From a virus: a DNA stretch of 64,000 bases. A model generated the notes under the pieces. The model was not told the origin of the DNA, did not search any database, and saw nothing but the letters and a program-made list of their open reading frames with translations. Location of the stretch: the IMG/VR virus record IMGVR_UViG_3300032331_003094, positions 1-64,000 of that record. The stretch is one strand, 5' to 3'. A program made the position numbers and the translations under genes. Below are positions 1 to 8,073 of the stretch, piece by piece. The first letter of the stretch is position 1, and each line of letters starts with the position of its first letter.

Positions 1-523
1 CAACGTTGCCAGTGCCTTGGGAAAAGTAACCAATGCCACCAGCGCCAGCGGCATTAGTGGTGCCATTCCACCGAGCAATACCGACGTTAAATGCGGTGCT
101 AGCTCCATCCCCTAAAACAATGCTTCCTTGGGATTGAGCTGAGTTGCTTACTTTTATTTGATCAAGAACTTGCAACTGCGATTGAGGCCCAGTAGTTCCT
201 ATGCCTACACGGCCGGAGCTGTCGATGCGGAGGCGTTCTGTTCCACTGGTTGAAACAGCTAATACGTCTGTGCCCGGGGAATAAATACCTGGTGCGTAAG
301 TAGTACCTGTACCAATAGAAACACTAGGTGAAGTAACAGTACCCGAACCAAAAATACTAGTAGTACCGGAGATTGTTGCGCCTTGAATTGTATTACCGGA
401 AATTGTACCCGAAACAGTTACGCCAGAAGTAATAGCACGATAAATACCGGAAACCGTGGTGAATGCATCTGCACCAGCAGTGGTAAACGTAATATTATCA
501 ACTTTAATTGTACCGTAAGCCAT
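1..523 (-). CDS. Tail fibre protein, N-terminal part (runs off the window edge)
   Basis: ATG at 523, MAYGTIKVDNITF...; contains ERLRIDSSGRVGIGT, a repeat typical of cyanophage tail fibres; not in the ORF track. Confidence 0.75.
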   Translation of the reverse strand, partial: MAYGTIKVDNITFTTAGADAFTTVSGIYRAITSGVTVSGTISGNTIQGATISGTTSIFGSGTVTSPSVSIGTGTTYAPGIYSPGTDVLAVSTSGTERLRIDSSGRVGIGTTGPQSQLQVLDQIKVSNSAQSQGSIVLGDGASTAFNVGIARWNGTTNAAGAGGIGYFSQGTGNV

Positions 524-571
524 AGCAGCACTTGTTCTTTATACTAATAATAACAGGAAAATAATTACGCC

Positions 572-2395
572 TTAAGGAAGAATAGTAATTGTGCCGCGAA
601 TAATTAACCCAGCATCACCTGAAATAACACCAGATGAAATTAAGGCGGGTGTTGCACCAGAGGGAGCAGTAAATACACCAGACACACCAGTGATGTTACT
701 AAAGCGACCCGTATTACCAGTAATTACAGCACCCGAGATTTGAGTTGTATAAACGCCAGAGGCAAAGTTGGCAGTAGTGCCGGTGACCGTAACACCTGTA
801 ATTGTCGTGAATGCACCAGAAACGCCTGTGATTGTCGTGAATTGTGCTGTTGTACCAGTAACAGTTTGACCACTGATAGTCCCAGTAACTGAAACACCTG
901 AGCCAAAGAAACCAGAACCGCTAACCGTTAAATTACCCGAGACAGTTGTATTGGTAAAAACAATATTAGTAAAATTACCACTGGTTGCATTAACTGTCGT
1001 TACGTTAACGGTTGTGCCTGTAATTGTTGTACCAGTAACCGTAGTGAATCCAGCTGTTCCACCAGTAAGCGTCGTGAACTGACCCGCATTGCCGGTGATG
1101 GTTGCGCCAGAAATACTGGTGGTAAAAACACCAGCAATACCTGTGAGGTTTGTAAATTGTCCCGTATTACCGGTAACGGTCAAACCTGAAACAAGAGCAG
1201 TAAAGACACCTGTTGCACCTGTAATTGTGGTTGCAAGAACCGTATTACCAGTAATAGTTGCACCGCTAATACTGGTTGTAAATACGCCAGTTACACCAGT
1301 AAGAGATGTGTACTTTCCGGTGTCACCTGTAATGACAAGACCAGAAATATTACTGGTAAATACTCCGGATACACCAGTGATGGTGGAGACCTTTACCGTA
1401 TCACCACTGATGGTGGCACCTGATAAATAGGTGTAAACTCCGGTAGCGCCCGTGATATTTGTAAATTGTCCCGTATTACCGGTAACAATTGTGCCCGAAA
1501 CATATTGAGCAAACGTACCGGAAACTGCGGTAATACCGCCAAAAGATCCGGCATCACCAGTGATCGTTGCGCCAGAAATCCTAGTTGTGAATGTGCCTGA
1601 AACACCGGTAATTGTAGAAACATTAACGGTATTCCCAGTGATGGTTGCACCGCTAAGGTTGGTGGTAAATACACCAGAAACACCAGTGACACTAGTTGCA
1701 GCAACCGTTGTCCCGGTAATTGTGGTGCCAGATAATGTGCCACTGACATTGACGCCGGATGCAAACTGAGCAAGACCAGATGTAATCAGTCCGCTTTCAA
1801 CGGTCAGGTTTCCGCTAACAACAAGAAGTGGAGTGGCAAGTGTTCCGAAAACACCGGAGGTTGCTTGAACGGTTGTTCCAGTAATTGTGACACCACTTAA
1901 CGCATTAAAGACACCTGAAGTACCAGAGATGTTGTTACCTGTGATCGTTGCACCACTAAGTCGTGTTGAAAAATTACCGCTGATTGCATTGATGGTTGAA
2001 CCTGTAAAGGTTGTTGCCGTAACCGTTACACCATTAATGTTTGTTCCTTGAAGGTTGGTGCCGGTTAACGTAACACCACTGATCGTTCCACTGACGGTTG
2101 CGTTGTTTTGAACAATTAAACCGCTGACGGAAGCCTGGTTGCTAACCGCCAGGCCAGAAGTTGTGGTTAAACCGGTAACACTTAGGTCTCCACTGATGGC
2201 TGTGTTGCCACTAATGGTGCCACCCGTGCGCGGCAAGTAGTAAATATTAAGATATTGTTTAGTTCCAGAAATCGTAAGCTTCTTATTTTTTAACGCCGGG
2301 TCTACTTCATAAACGTGGACAACAGTAAATAGATCCTGCTCCGCAAGATCAACGCCCGCAAGTTCTTGTAAATCGCTAATGCGCCTGTTGGCCAT
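572..2395 (-). CDS. Thr/Gly-rich repetitive tail fibre or spike protein
   Basis: 607 aa with many ~26-aa repeats (SGATITGNTGQFTxITGxxGVFT). Confidence 0.7.
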   Translation of the reverse strand: MANRRISDLQELAGVDLAEQDLFTVVHVYEVDPALKNKKLTISGTKQYLNIYYLPRTGGTISGNTAISGDLSVTGLTTTSGLAVSNQASVSGLIVQNNATVSGTISGVTLTGTNLQGTNINGVTVTATTFTGSTINAISGNFSTRLSGATITGNNISGTSGVFNALSGVTITGTTVQATSGVFGTLATPLLVVSGNLTVESGLITSGLAQFASGVNVSGTLSGTTITGTTVAATSVTGVSGVFTTNLSGATITGNTVNVSTITGVSGTFTTRISGATITGDAGSFGGITAVSGTFAQYVSGTIVTGNTGQFTNITGATGVYTYLSGATISGDTVKVSTITGVSGVFTSNISGLVITGDTGKYTSLTGVTGVFTTSISGATITGNTVLATTITGATGVFTALVSGLTVTGNTGQFTNLTGIAGVFTTSISGATITGNAGQFTTLTGGTAGFTTVTGTTITGTTVNVTTVNATSGNFTNIVFTNTTVSGNLTVSGSGFFGSGVSVTGTISGQTVTGTTAQFTTITGVSGAFTTITGVTVTGTTANFASGVYTTQISGAVITGNTGRFSNITGVSGVFTAPSGATPALISSGVISGDAGLIIRGTITILP

Positions 2396-2449
2396 TTATT
2401 TATGCATAGATGCTCTTGATTCAATTATAGTTTCTCTGTGCCCAATACA

Positions 2450-2791
2450 CTACTTAACTTTAATTTCAATGCGCGGTAGCAGTTTGCTACCAAAATTCCA
2501 GCCAGCTTGCACGCCAAGGACAATGCCACAAGCCAAGAAGACGGTAAGGATTAGCTCAGCAACAGTCAGATTACGGCGCACATAAACAACTTGAGGTGCA
2601 CGCTGGAAGTCGGCAGATACCTGCAACTGCGGAGCCGGGTTTGCTTGACGCTGTTCCATGGTGATACGAATGGCCTCTTCCCTGGCACGTGCTTTCATTT
2701 GCTCTACCATCTCCGGCGTGATGGTCGGCATGCTGGGAGGGATTGATACGGGGGCCGGAGCACTGGGAGTAAGTTGCTCTTCCATTTTCAT
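2450..2791 (-). CDS. Hypothetical membrane protein
   Basis: One C-terminal hydrophobic segment LILTVFLACGIVLGV. Confidence 0.6.
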   Translation of the reverse strand: MKMEEQLTPSAPAPVSIPPSMPTITPEMVEQMKARAREEAIRITMEQRQANPAPQLQVSADFQRAPQVVYVRRNLTVAELILTVFLACGIVLGVQAGWNFGSKLLPRIEIKVK

Positions 2792-2840
2792 GACAAAACG
2801 TTTTCCAACACACTAACATATAAAAAAGTTTTATGAAGGT

Positions 2841-3263
2841 ATGGCAACGTTTGGCATTAGAAAAGGATTGGAGGATGTTGCCCACGAATTAAAGGGCATC
2901 AGAAATATCTTGGCTTCCATGTGGCATAGCCGTTATTCTTCTGGTGAAACGGACCGGTTGAATCCCGAAGCGTTTGCCGATGAATACATCCCTACCGAAG
3001 AATGTGCCAGGCGTCTAGGGGTATCAGATCAGACCCTTCGTAATTGGATTAGTCAAGGCAAGAAAAATAAAGGGAAAGGCTGGACGGAAGGTATTCATTA
3101 TGTCAATGTCTGTCCCGATAAAGGAAAAAAAGCTGTCATCCGTATTCCCTGGAACCAACTAGTTCAATCCTTTGCCAAGAATAAAGATGTGGAGTTGAAC
3201 GACTTTAATACGCCCGTCATGTACAAATCGGTCAATACCAAGATCATGGACGAAGGGTTGTGA
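2841..3263 (+). CDS. Helix-turn-helix (Xis/MerR-like) DNA-binding protein
   Basis: TEECARRLGVSDQTLRNWI HTH and W.EGIHY motif. Confidence 0.7.
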   Translation: MATFGIRKGLEDVAHELKGIRNILASMWHSRYSSGETDRLNPEAFADEYIPTEECARRLGVSDQTLRNWISQGKKNKGKGWTEGIHYVNVCPDKGKKAVIRIPWNQLVQSFAKNKDVELNDFNTPVMYKSVNTKIMDEGL

Positions 3264-3264
3264 T

Positions 3265-3723
3265 ATGACAAATCGTTTTGCTGGCATAGATTTATCTGCC
3301 ATCACAATTGAGAATCATTCTCAACTATTACCGGAATCTTTGGTGCTGCAGCTGGAGGATTTCCTTCCTCCCTTCGGTTCTTTTGATGATGGTTGCGTGC
3401 GACGGTATTTGGAAAATTTGTGTGCTTATGAGGAGGAAGACGCCAATTCCAACATGACTTTGGCCAATCGTTTACGGCTGGCATTCAAAGATTTACAACC
3501 TGACACAATCTGTGGTAAGTTCCCCCAGGCTGAATTGCCTCTTAAGCGAAGATTGCGTTGCGTGGCAGAGTACCTAATTCGATCTGGCGAATTTGACAAG
3601 CTACGAGATGACAAAGGAAAGCTCGTCAAAAAGCGTGGTAACCTTGGGAAACTCGTAGTCATCTATCAGCCACTACCAAAACTGTTAGATTCACTATCCA
3701 AGCAGGGATTATTGGAATCATGA
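3265..3723 (+). CDS. Hypothetical protein
   Basis: 152-aa ORF closely coupled within the plus-strand operon. Confidence 0.6.
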   Translation: MTNRFAGIDLSAITIENHSQLLPESLVLQLEDFLPPFGSFDDGCVRRYLENLCAYEEEDANSNMTLANRLRLAFKDLQPDTICGKFPQAELPLKRRLRCVAEYLIRSGEFDKLRDDKGKLVKKRGNLGKLVVIYQPLPKLLDSLSKQGLLES

Positions 3724-4106
3724 GCCGCCGCGAAAAACTGATCACTGCCGCACTCAATGGAAAGACTGGGGACAAAGAGGGTAAATACCTGGATGCTGTC
3801 GTCAAGTTAATCCTTGGCGACATGGGTAATCTTTATATTCAATTCTGGGAGGCCGAGGGGCCTGGCGTTATTTGCTTTCAGCCCGAAAATGAAGAGCGCT
3901 CCATGTTTTACATGACACTTGAGGAACTGCACTCTGCCCAGGAGTCGTGTGAACGTGAAAATAACGGTGATCTAGCCGAAACATTCCGTCGCATCTTAAA
4001 TGCTGCGCAAAAGATTGATCCAACGGCATCTGCAGGTTACATCATTAATGATGCAGAAGGTATTCGTTATTTTGCTATTGATTACAACCAAGCTGTTGAT
4101 GTGTAA
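3720..4106 (+). CDS. Hypothetical protein
   Basis: 128-aa ORF with ATGA overlap. Confidence 0.6.
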   Translation: MSRREKLITAALNGKTGDKEGKYLDAVVKLILGDMGNLYIQFWEAEGPGVICFQPENEERSMFYMTLEELHSAQESCERENNGDLAETFRRILNAAQKIDPTASAGYIINDAEGIRYFAIDYNQAVDV

Positions 4107-4690
4107 TGACAAGAAAATTCCGCAATAAATGCGAAGATCTTGAGCTAATTACTAACAAGGATCTTATTGCTGCCGCCCATTCTCTTATGGATGGTATTGA
4201 TTTGGATCCCGCCAGCTCAAAGGTAGCTAATTCATTTGTGCAGGCAGATAAGTTTTATACACCACAGGATGATGGATTGAATGTCCAGGAGTGGGAGGGC
4301 AAGGTCTATGTATTCCCGCCAAGTGGTGCCTACTATTTTGATAAATATCTTGACAAATGGAAGATGACCAGGGCGTCATCTGGTTCTTTGACTTCTTCCC
4401 ATGCTCTTTGGTTTAGAAAGCTGTATCGTCTATGGTTGGCTGATGTTGTTACAGAAGGTTTGTACTTTACCAACTGTACGGACATGATTCGGTATGATCA
4501 ACGCATTTTTGATTTTCCAGTTTGCATATTAAGAACTGCCCCAACACTGATTAAGAACACCAGTGAGGGCATTGGGACCCATAAGACCAGCACTTCGCTT
4601 GTGGCTTATCTCCAACCAAAGCGTAATTCCAGTGCAGCCACTGAAAAGTTTATTGACATTTACAGCGAAAAGGGCCGCATCCTTTACTGA
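4106..4690 (+). CDS. Phage DNA N6-adenine methyltransferase-like protein with degenerate motif IV
   Basis: IDLDPASS motif I and DDGLxxEW; VFPPSG where NPPY is expected. Confidence 0.65.
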   Translation: MTRKFRNKCEDLELITNKDLIAAAHSLMDGIDLDPASSKVANSFVQADKFYTPQDDGLNVQEWEGKVYVFPPSGAYYFDKYLDKWKMTRASSGSLTSSHALWFRKLYRLWLADVVTEGLYFTNCTDMIRYDQRIFDFPVCILRTAPTLIKNTSEGIGTHKTSTSLVAYLQPKRNSSAATEKFIDIYSEKGRILY

Positions 4691-4723
4691 GTTCGGTATA
4701 CTAAAAGACGATTGAAAAGGCTT

Positions 4724-5311
4724 ATGTCAATCTTGAGTGACGCGGAAATCAAGCAGCTTGCCCTTGAAGAGGGTATGATTTCCCCCTTCCAGGATCATTT
4801 GGTTAGCGAGGAAAATGGAAGGAAAATCCTCAGTTATGGCTTAAGTTCTTATGGGTACGATATTCGCCTATCCCCCAAGCAATGCTTGGTTTTTAGTCGT
4901 ATTCAATCCGGTGAATGTGACACCAAGAATTTTGATGAGCAGATCCTGGCTCCATCTGAACTTTTAGAAGATGAGAAAGGGTCTTATTTCATGTTGCCGC
5001 CCTACGGTTATTGCTTGGGTGTGGCAGAAGAACGCCTTAAGCTGCCAAGGGATGTAACCGTCGTTGCGGTCGGCAAGAGTACTTATGCCCGTTCTGGAAT
5101 CATGGTAAATATTACTCCGGCAGAGGCAATGTGGGAAGGTTATTTAACATTAGAAATCAGCAATTGTACCGGTTTGTTTAACCGTATTTATGCCAATGAG
5201 GGTGTAACGCAGTTATTGTTTTTCCGTGGTAATCCCTGCGAGGTTAGCTACCAAGATCGCAAAGGTAAGTATCAAAATCAACTTCAAGAAGTTGTTTACA
5301 GCAAGGCGTAA
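4724..5311 (+). CDS. dcd: dCTP deaminase
   Basis: MSILSD..., SYGLSSYGYDIRL, GKSTYARSG, WEGYLTLEISN, YQDRKGKYQNQ; TATACT upstream. Confidence 0.93.
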   Translation: MSILSDAEIKQLALEEGMISPFQDHLVSEENGRKILSYGLSSYGYDIRLSPKQCLVFSRIQSGECDTKNFDEQILAPSELLEDEKGSYFMLPPYGYCLGVAEERLKLPRDVTVVAVGKSTYARSGIMVNITPAEAMWEGYLTLEISNCTGLFNRIYANEGVTQLLFFRGNPCEVSYQDRKGKYQNQLQEVVYSKA

Positions 5312-5313
5312 AT

Positions 5314-5523
5314 ATGACGGACCCACATGACATCGAACAACGTTTAAATATTGTCGATATTTTGTATCGATCTGTGATGTTACTGGAAAACGAAGAGCTG
5401 GCTACGCAGCTGGGAGGTTACAGCTCTGACAATATCCAATGGGTTCTTAATGTTCTCCAGGGGATTTTTGATGAGCTTGATCATGTATTGGATTTAGAAG
5501 AATCCAATTACATTGATTATTAG
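5314..5523 (+). CDS. Hypothetical protein
   Basis: 69-aa acidic ORF directly after dcd. Confidence 0.5.
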   Translation: MTDPHDIEQRLNIVDILYRSVMLLENEELATQLGGYSSDNIQWVLNVLQGIFDELDHVLDLEESNYIDY

Positions 5524-5942
5524 AAACCTACAAACCTACCAGCCATGCGCCCTGGTTTTGTGGCGTAGTTCGTGCTGCCGCCAGTTCCAATCCTGTCACC
5601 AAGGGTAGGAACGTTGGTTCCTTTGATATTTGCTTCAGTTCTTGGAGTACGACCACGAATTTGTGGTTCGTCAATCATTGTTTGTTGTTTGAACTTTCCG
5701 GCGCTCCTGGCCGCTGCCAAATACTTATTAATGTTTGATCCTTCCTTAGTGTTGCCGGTATTTGCTTTGTCGGCAATGGACCTTTCTTCTGAATCAAAAT
5801 GCCTAGTATCTGTGGTATACGCCCGCCCAGGGTTTAAATCACTTGTGTCGCCACCAGATGACCCGGCATCTACAGTCGGGTCATAATTAGATGGGATTGG
5901 AGATGACTCCTGTCCCTTCCTGGGGTCGTAAAATCTTTCCAT
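5520..5942 (-). CDS. Hypothetical protein
   Basis: Probable start MERFYDPR. Confidence 0.55.
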   Translation of the reverse strand: MERFYDPRKGQESSPIPSNYDPTVDAGSSGGDTSDLNPGRAYTTDTRHFDSEERSIADKANTGNTKEGSNINKYLAAARSAGKFKQQTMIDEPQIRGRTPRTEANIKGTNVPTLGDRIGTGGSTNYATKPGRMAGRFVGF

Positions 5943-5982
5943 GATAATATTGTAATCGAGGGAATTTAGTGGCACTGCTACT

Positions 5983-6315
5983 ATGTATGCTTATAAAAAT
6001 GACGCAGAACAATTAGAGGGTCGTCAAGATCCTGATGATTTTCTGCAAAAATTCATTACTTCAGATGATGAATTATTAAAGCGGATGGCCTGCTGCTGTG
6101 ATTTCGGCACACCGCTCGCAACTCATAATCATGATGTAGCATTGTACGACCAATATAATCGTGGTCTTACGTTATGTCAGGACGACAAGCCAAGGGTGAA
6201 TCTGGCACTGGAGGGGAATCGCCCCGGGGTGACTGGTTTCATCCCGTCAGTGGAGGAAGCGTACAAGTATCCGGGGACGTTACCAATGGGTCAAAAACTC
6301 TTGGTATCACTGTAG
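5983..6315 (+). CDS. Hypothetical protein
   Basis: 110-aa ORF. Confidence 0.55.
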   Translation: MYAYKNDAEQLEGRQDPDDFLQKFITSDDELLKRMACCCDFGTPLATHNHDVALYDQYNRGLTLCQDDKPRVNLALEGNRPGVTGFIPSVEEAYKYPGTLPMGQKLLVSL

Positions 6316-6638
6316 ATAGCAACCAGGACGGAGATTTATATTCCTTTACAGAATGTAAAGATGGTGTTTGCCCTGTCCCATGGGCAACAACACCAACACG
6401 ACCTGAATTGCAGCCAGAGACAATTAACCATCCATCTCATTATGTGGATGGCGCAATTGAATGCATTGAAGCAATTGAAGCGCAGCTAACCGCAGAAGAA
6501 TATCGTGGGTATCTAAAAGGAAACTGCGTCAAATATTTGTGGCGTGAGCGCCATAAGGGCGGTCTTGAATCATTAAAAAAATGCGGTTGGTACTTAGACC
6601 GTCTTATTCAGTTTGATGAAGCTAATCAAAACGGTTGA
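6174..6638 (+). CDS. DUF3310 / T7 gp1.7-like nucleotide kinase domain protein (start uncertain)
   Basis: INHPSHY...IECIEAI...GYLKGNCVKYLWR...KGGLESLKKCGWYLDRLI. Confidence 0.8.
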   Translation: MSGRQAKGESGTGGESPRGDWFHPVSGGSVQVSGDVTNGSKTLGITVDSNQDGDLYSFTECKDGVCPVPWATTPTRPELQPETINHPSHYVDGAIECIEAIEAQLTAEEYRGYLKGNCVKYLWRERHKGGLESLKKCGWYLDRLIQFDEANQNG

Positions 6639-6931
6639 AGCTCATCGTCATCATCGCCGTCGTCTTCGTCATAAATACAGGCGGCGGCAAGCTCTTCTAA
6701 TTCCAAATCTGTTGGAATGTCAAAAGATAACTCAATATTTTCACCCGCAAGAATTTCCTTGACTGCTTGCCATTCCATCAAGCGTTGATGGTACAAATTC
6801 AAAAGTGCTGCTTGCAGTTCATCCCAAGTCATTTCTTGGGCAGCAAGCTCAGCCTTGCGCATGGAGAACTGCAGTTCTAACGGAAGTTCAAATTCCCGTG
6901 GCTCAACTGACCTATCCATTGCATTCTTCAT
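6626..6931 (-). CDS. nblA: NblA-like phycobilisome degradation protein with acidic tail
   Basis: ELPLELQFSMRKAELAAQEMTWDELQAALLNLYHQRL matches the NblA pattern LsLEQqF...v..Ms.eq....L..ly.q. Confidence 0.7.
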   Translation of the reverse strand: MKNAMDRSVEPREFELPLELQFSMRKAELAAQEMTWDELQAALLNLYHQRLMEWQAVKEILAGENIELSFDIPTDLELEELAAACIYDEDDGDDDDELQPF

Positions 6932-7608
6932 GGCTTTGCTGACAATATTCTAAGACTATAGTCCAAATCGAATTCATCTTCGTCGTGATCAATCCAATCG
7001 GCTTGTTTAATTTTGAAGGCGTTTGCAAATTCTGCCAGTAAATATGGGTTTATTCCTTCTTCCAGCTTCTTGATTGCCTGGATTTCGTGAGGGGCGGCAG
7101 AATAATTTCTGAATGCAGCAAGAAGAATCTCACCTGCTTTGCCAAGTCCAACGTCAATATGACTTAGGAATAGACGAGCTTCTTCCCTGCGGCGTTCCAA
7201 AAGGTTGCCAACAACGATGCGATCTTGGTCAAAGATCCAGCATTTGATTTCTTCTGTGACGCCTACCCAGTTTTCTTGTTCAATCTGATCAATGATTGAA
7301 CTGTATAGAAAAGGTTTCCAGCCAATAGAATGAATAAAAGAAACCAACGCTTGACGCATTGAATTATCAATGTGTAAGTGAAGATCGTCTAGATCATCTT
7401 CAATGCAATTGATCTCATGCTTTAAGTATTCCAAGGCTTTTTCCTTGGTGCAATACTGGCCCGACTTTACGGGTGAACCATCTGGATAAAACTGTGTCCC
7501 ATATCCAAGGGTAAAAGGCATTCCTCCTGTGGATGGATCTGGGTATGCGCTTTCATTAAAACCTTCATATTTACGGATAATGTCTATCGCAGATATAAAG
7601 TAAAACAT
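6928..7608 (-). CDS. Phage lysozyme (GH24) / endolysin
   Basis: IRKYEG..AYPD...TLGYG (E-D-T catalytic pattern), ALVSF, LLERRREEARLF. Confidence 0.85.
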   Translation of the reverse strand: MFYFISAIDIIRKYEGFNESAYPDPSTGGMPFTLGYGTQFYPDGSPVKSGQYCTKEKALEYLKHEINCIEDDLDDLHLHIDNSMRQALVSFIHSIGWKPFLYSSIIDQIEQENWVGVTEEIKCWIFDQDRIVVGNLLERRREEARLFLSHIDVGLGKAGEILLAAFRNYSAAPHEIQAIKKLEEGINPYLLAEFANAFKIKQADWIDHDEDEFDLDYSLRILSAKP

Positions 7609-7656
7609 GGGAGCACAATAAGTACTCCCATTGTATACATAAATTTAAATTAATTG

Positions 7657-7779
7657 TTAGCCTTGACCACGGCTAAGCTTGCGGCCATGGTTGGGCTTGG
7701 AATGTTTACCATCCCCTTGTTTGGTGCGCTTGGGCTTGGACTCAATTTTAATGGATGTAGTTGACTTGGGTTTTGCCAT
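7657..7779 (-). CDS. Small basic protein (40 aa)
   Basis: MAKPKSTTSIKIESKPKRTKQGDGKHSKPNHGRKLSRGQG; below the ORF-track cutoff. Confidence 0.6.
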   Translation of the reverse strand: MAKPKSTTSIKIESKPKRTKQGDGKHSKPNHGRKLSRGQG

Positions 7780-7785
7780 TGAAAA

Positions 7786-8073
7786 TCACCAGTTGTAGTG
7801 GCACGCCCACCAGCCGGGAGTCAGTTTGTCCTTCTTCTCGGCGCAGTTGTGGCGTGCCTTGAAGTTAGCACGTCTGCCCTCGTCATGGTGCGAAAGATAG
7901 TCATCATATCCTCGCAAACCAAAACGAACAATTCCTTCGCGCCCTTTGTCACAAGCCTTGACTACATACTTATGTTTATCTCCCTTGGGAGCCCGCTGAG
8001 GTTTATTACACGCCATCTTATCCTTCTGGTAGCGATGCGCCGCACTAGCTGCTTTTTTATGTTGTTCTGCCAT
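7786..8073 (-). CDS. Small basic phage protein
   Basis: KYVVKAC...VRFG...RRANFKARHNC...WWAC. Confidence 0.65.
   Translation of the reverse strand: MAEQHKKAASAAHRYQKDKMACNKPQRAPKGDKHKYVVKACDKGREGIVRFGLRGYDDYLSHHDEGRRANFKARHNCAEKKDKLTPGWWACHYNW

Noticed and set aside
1089-1769. Plus-strand Val/Pro-rich ORFs (and similar ones at 15110-16372)
   Set aside because: Shadows of repetitive fibre genes
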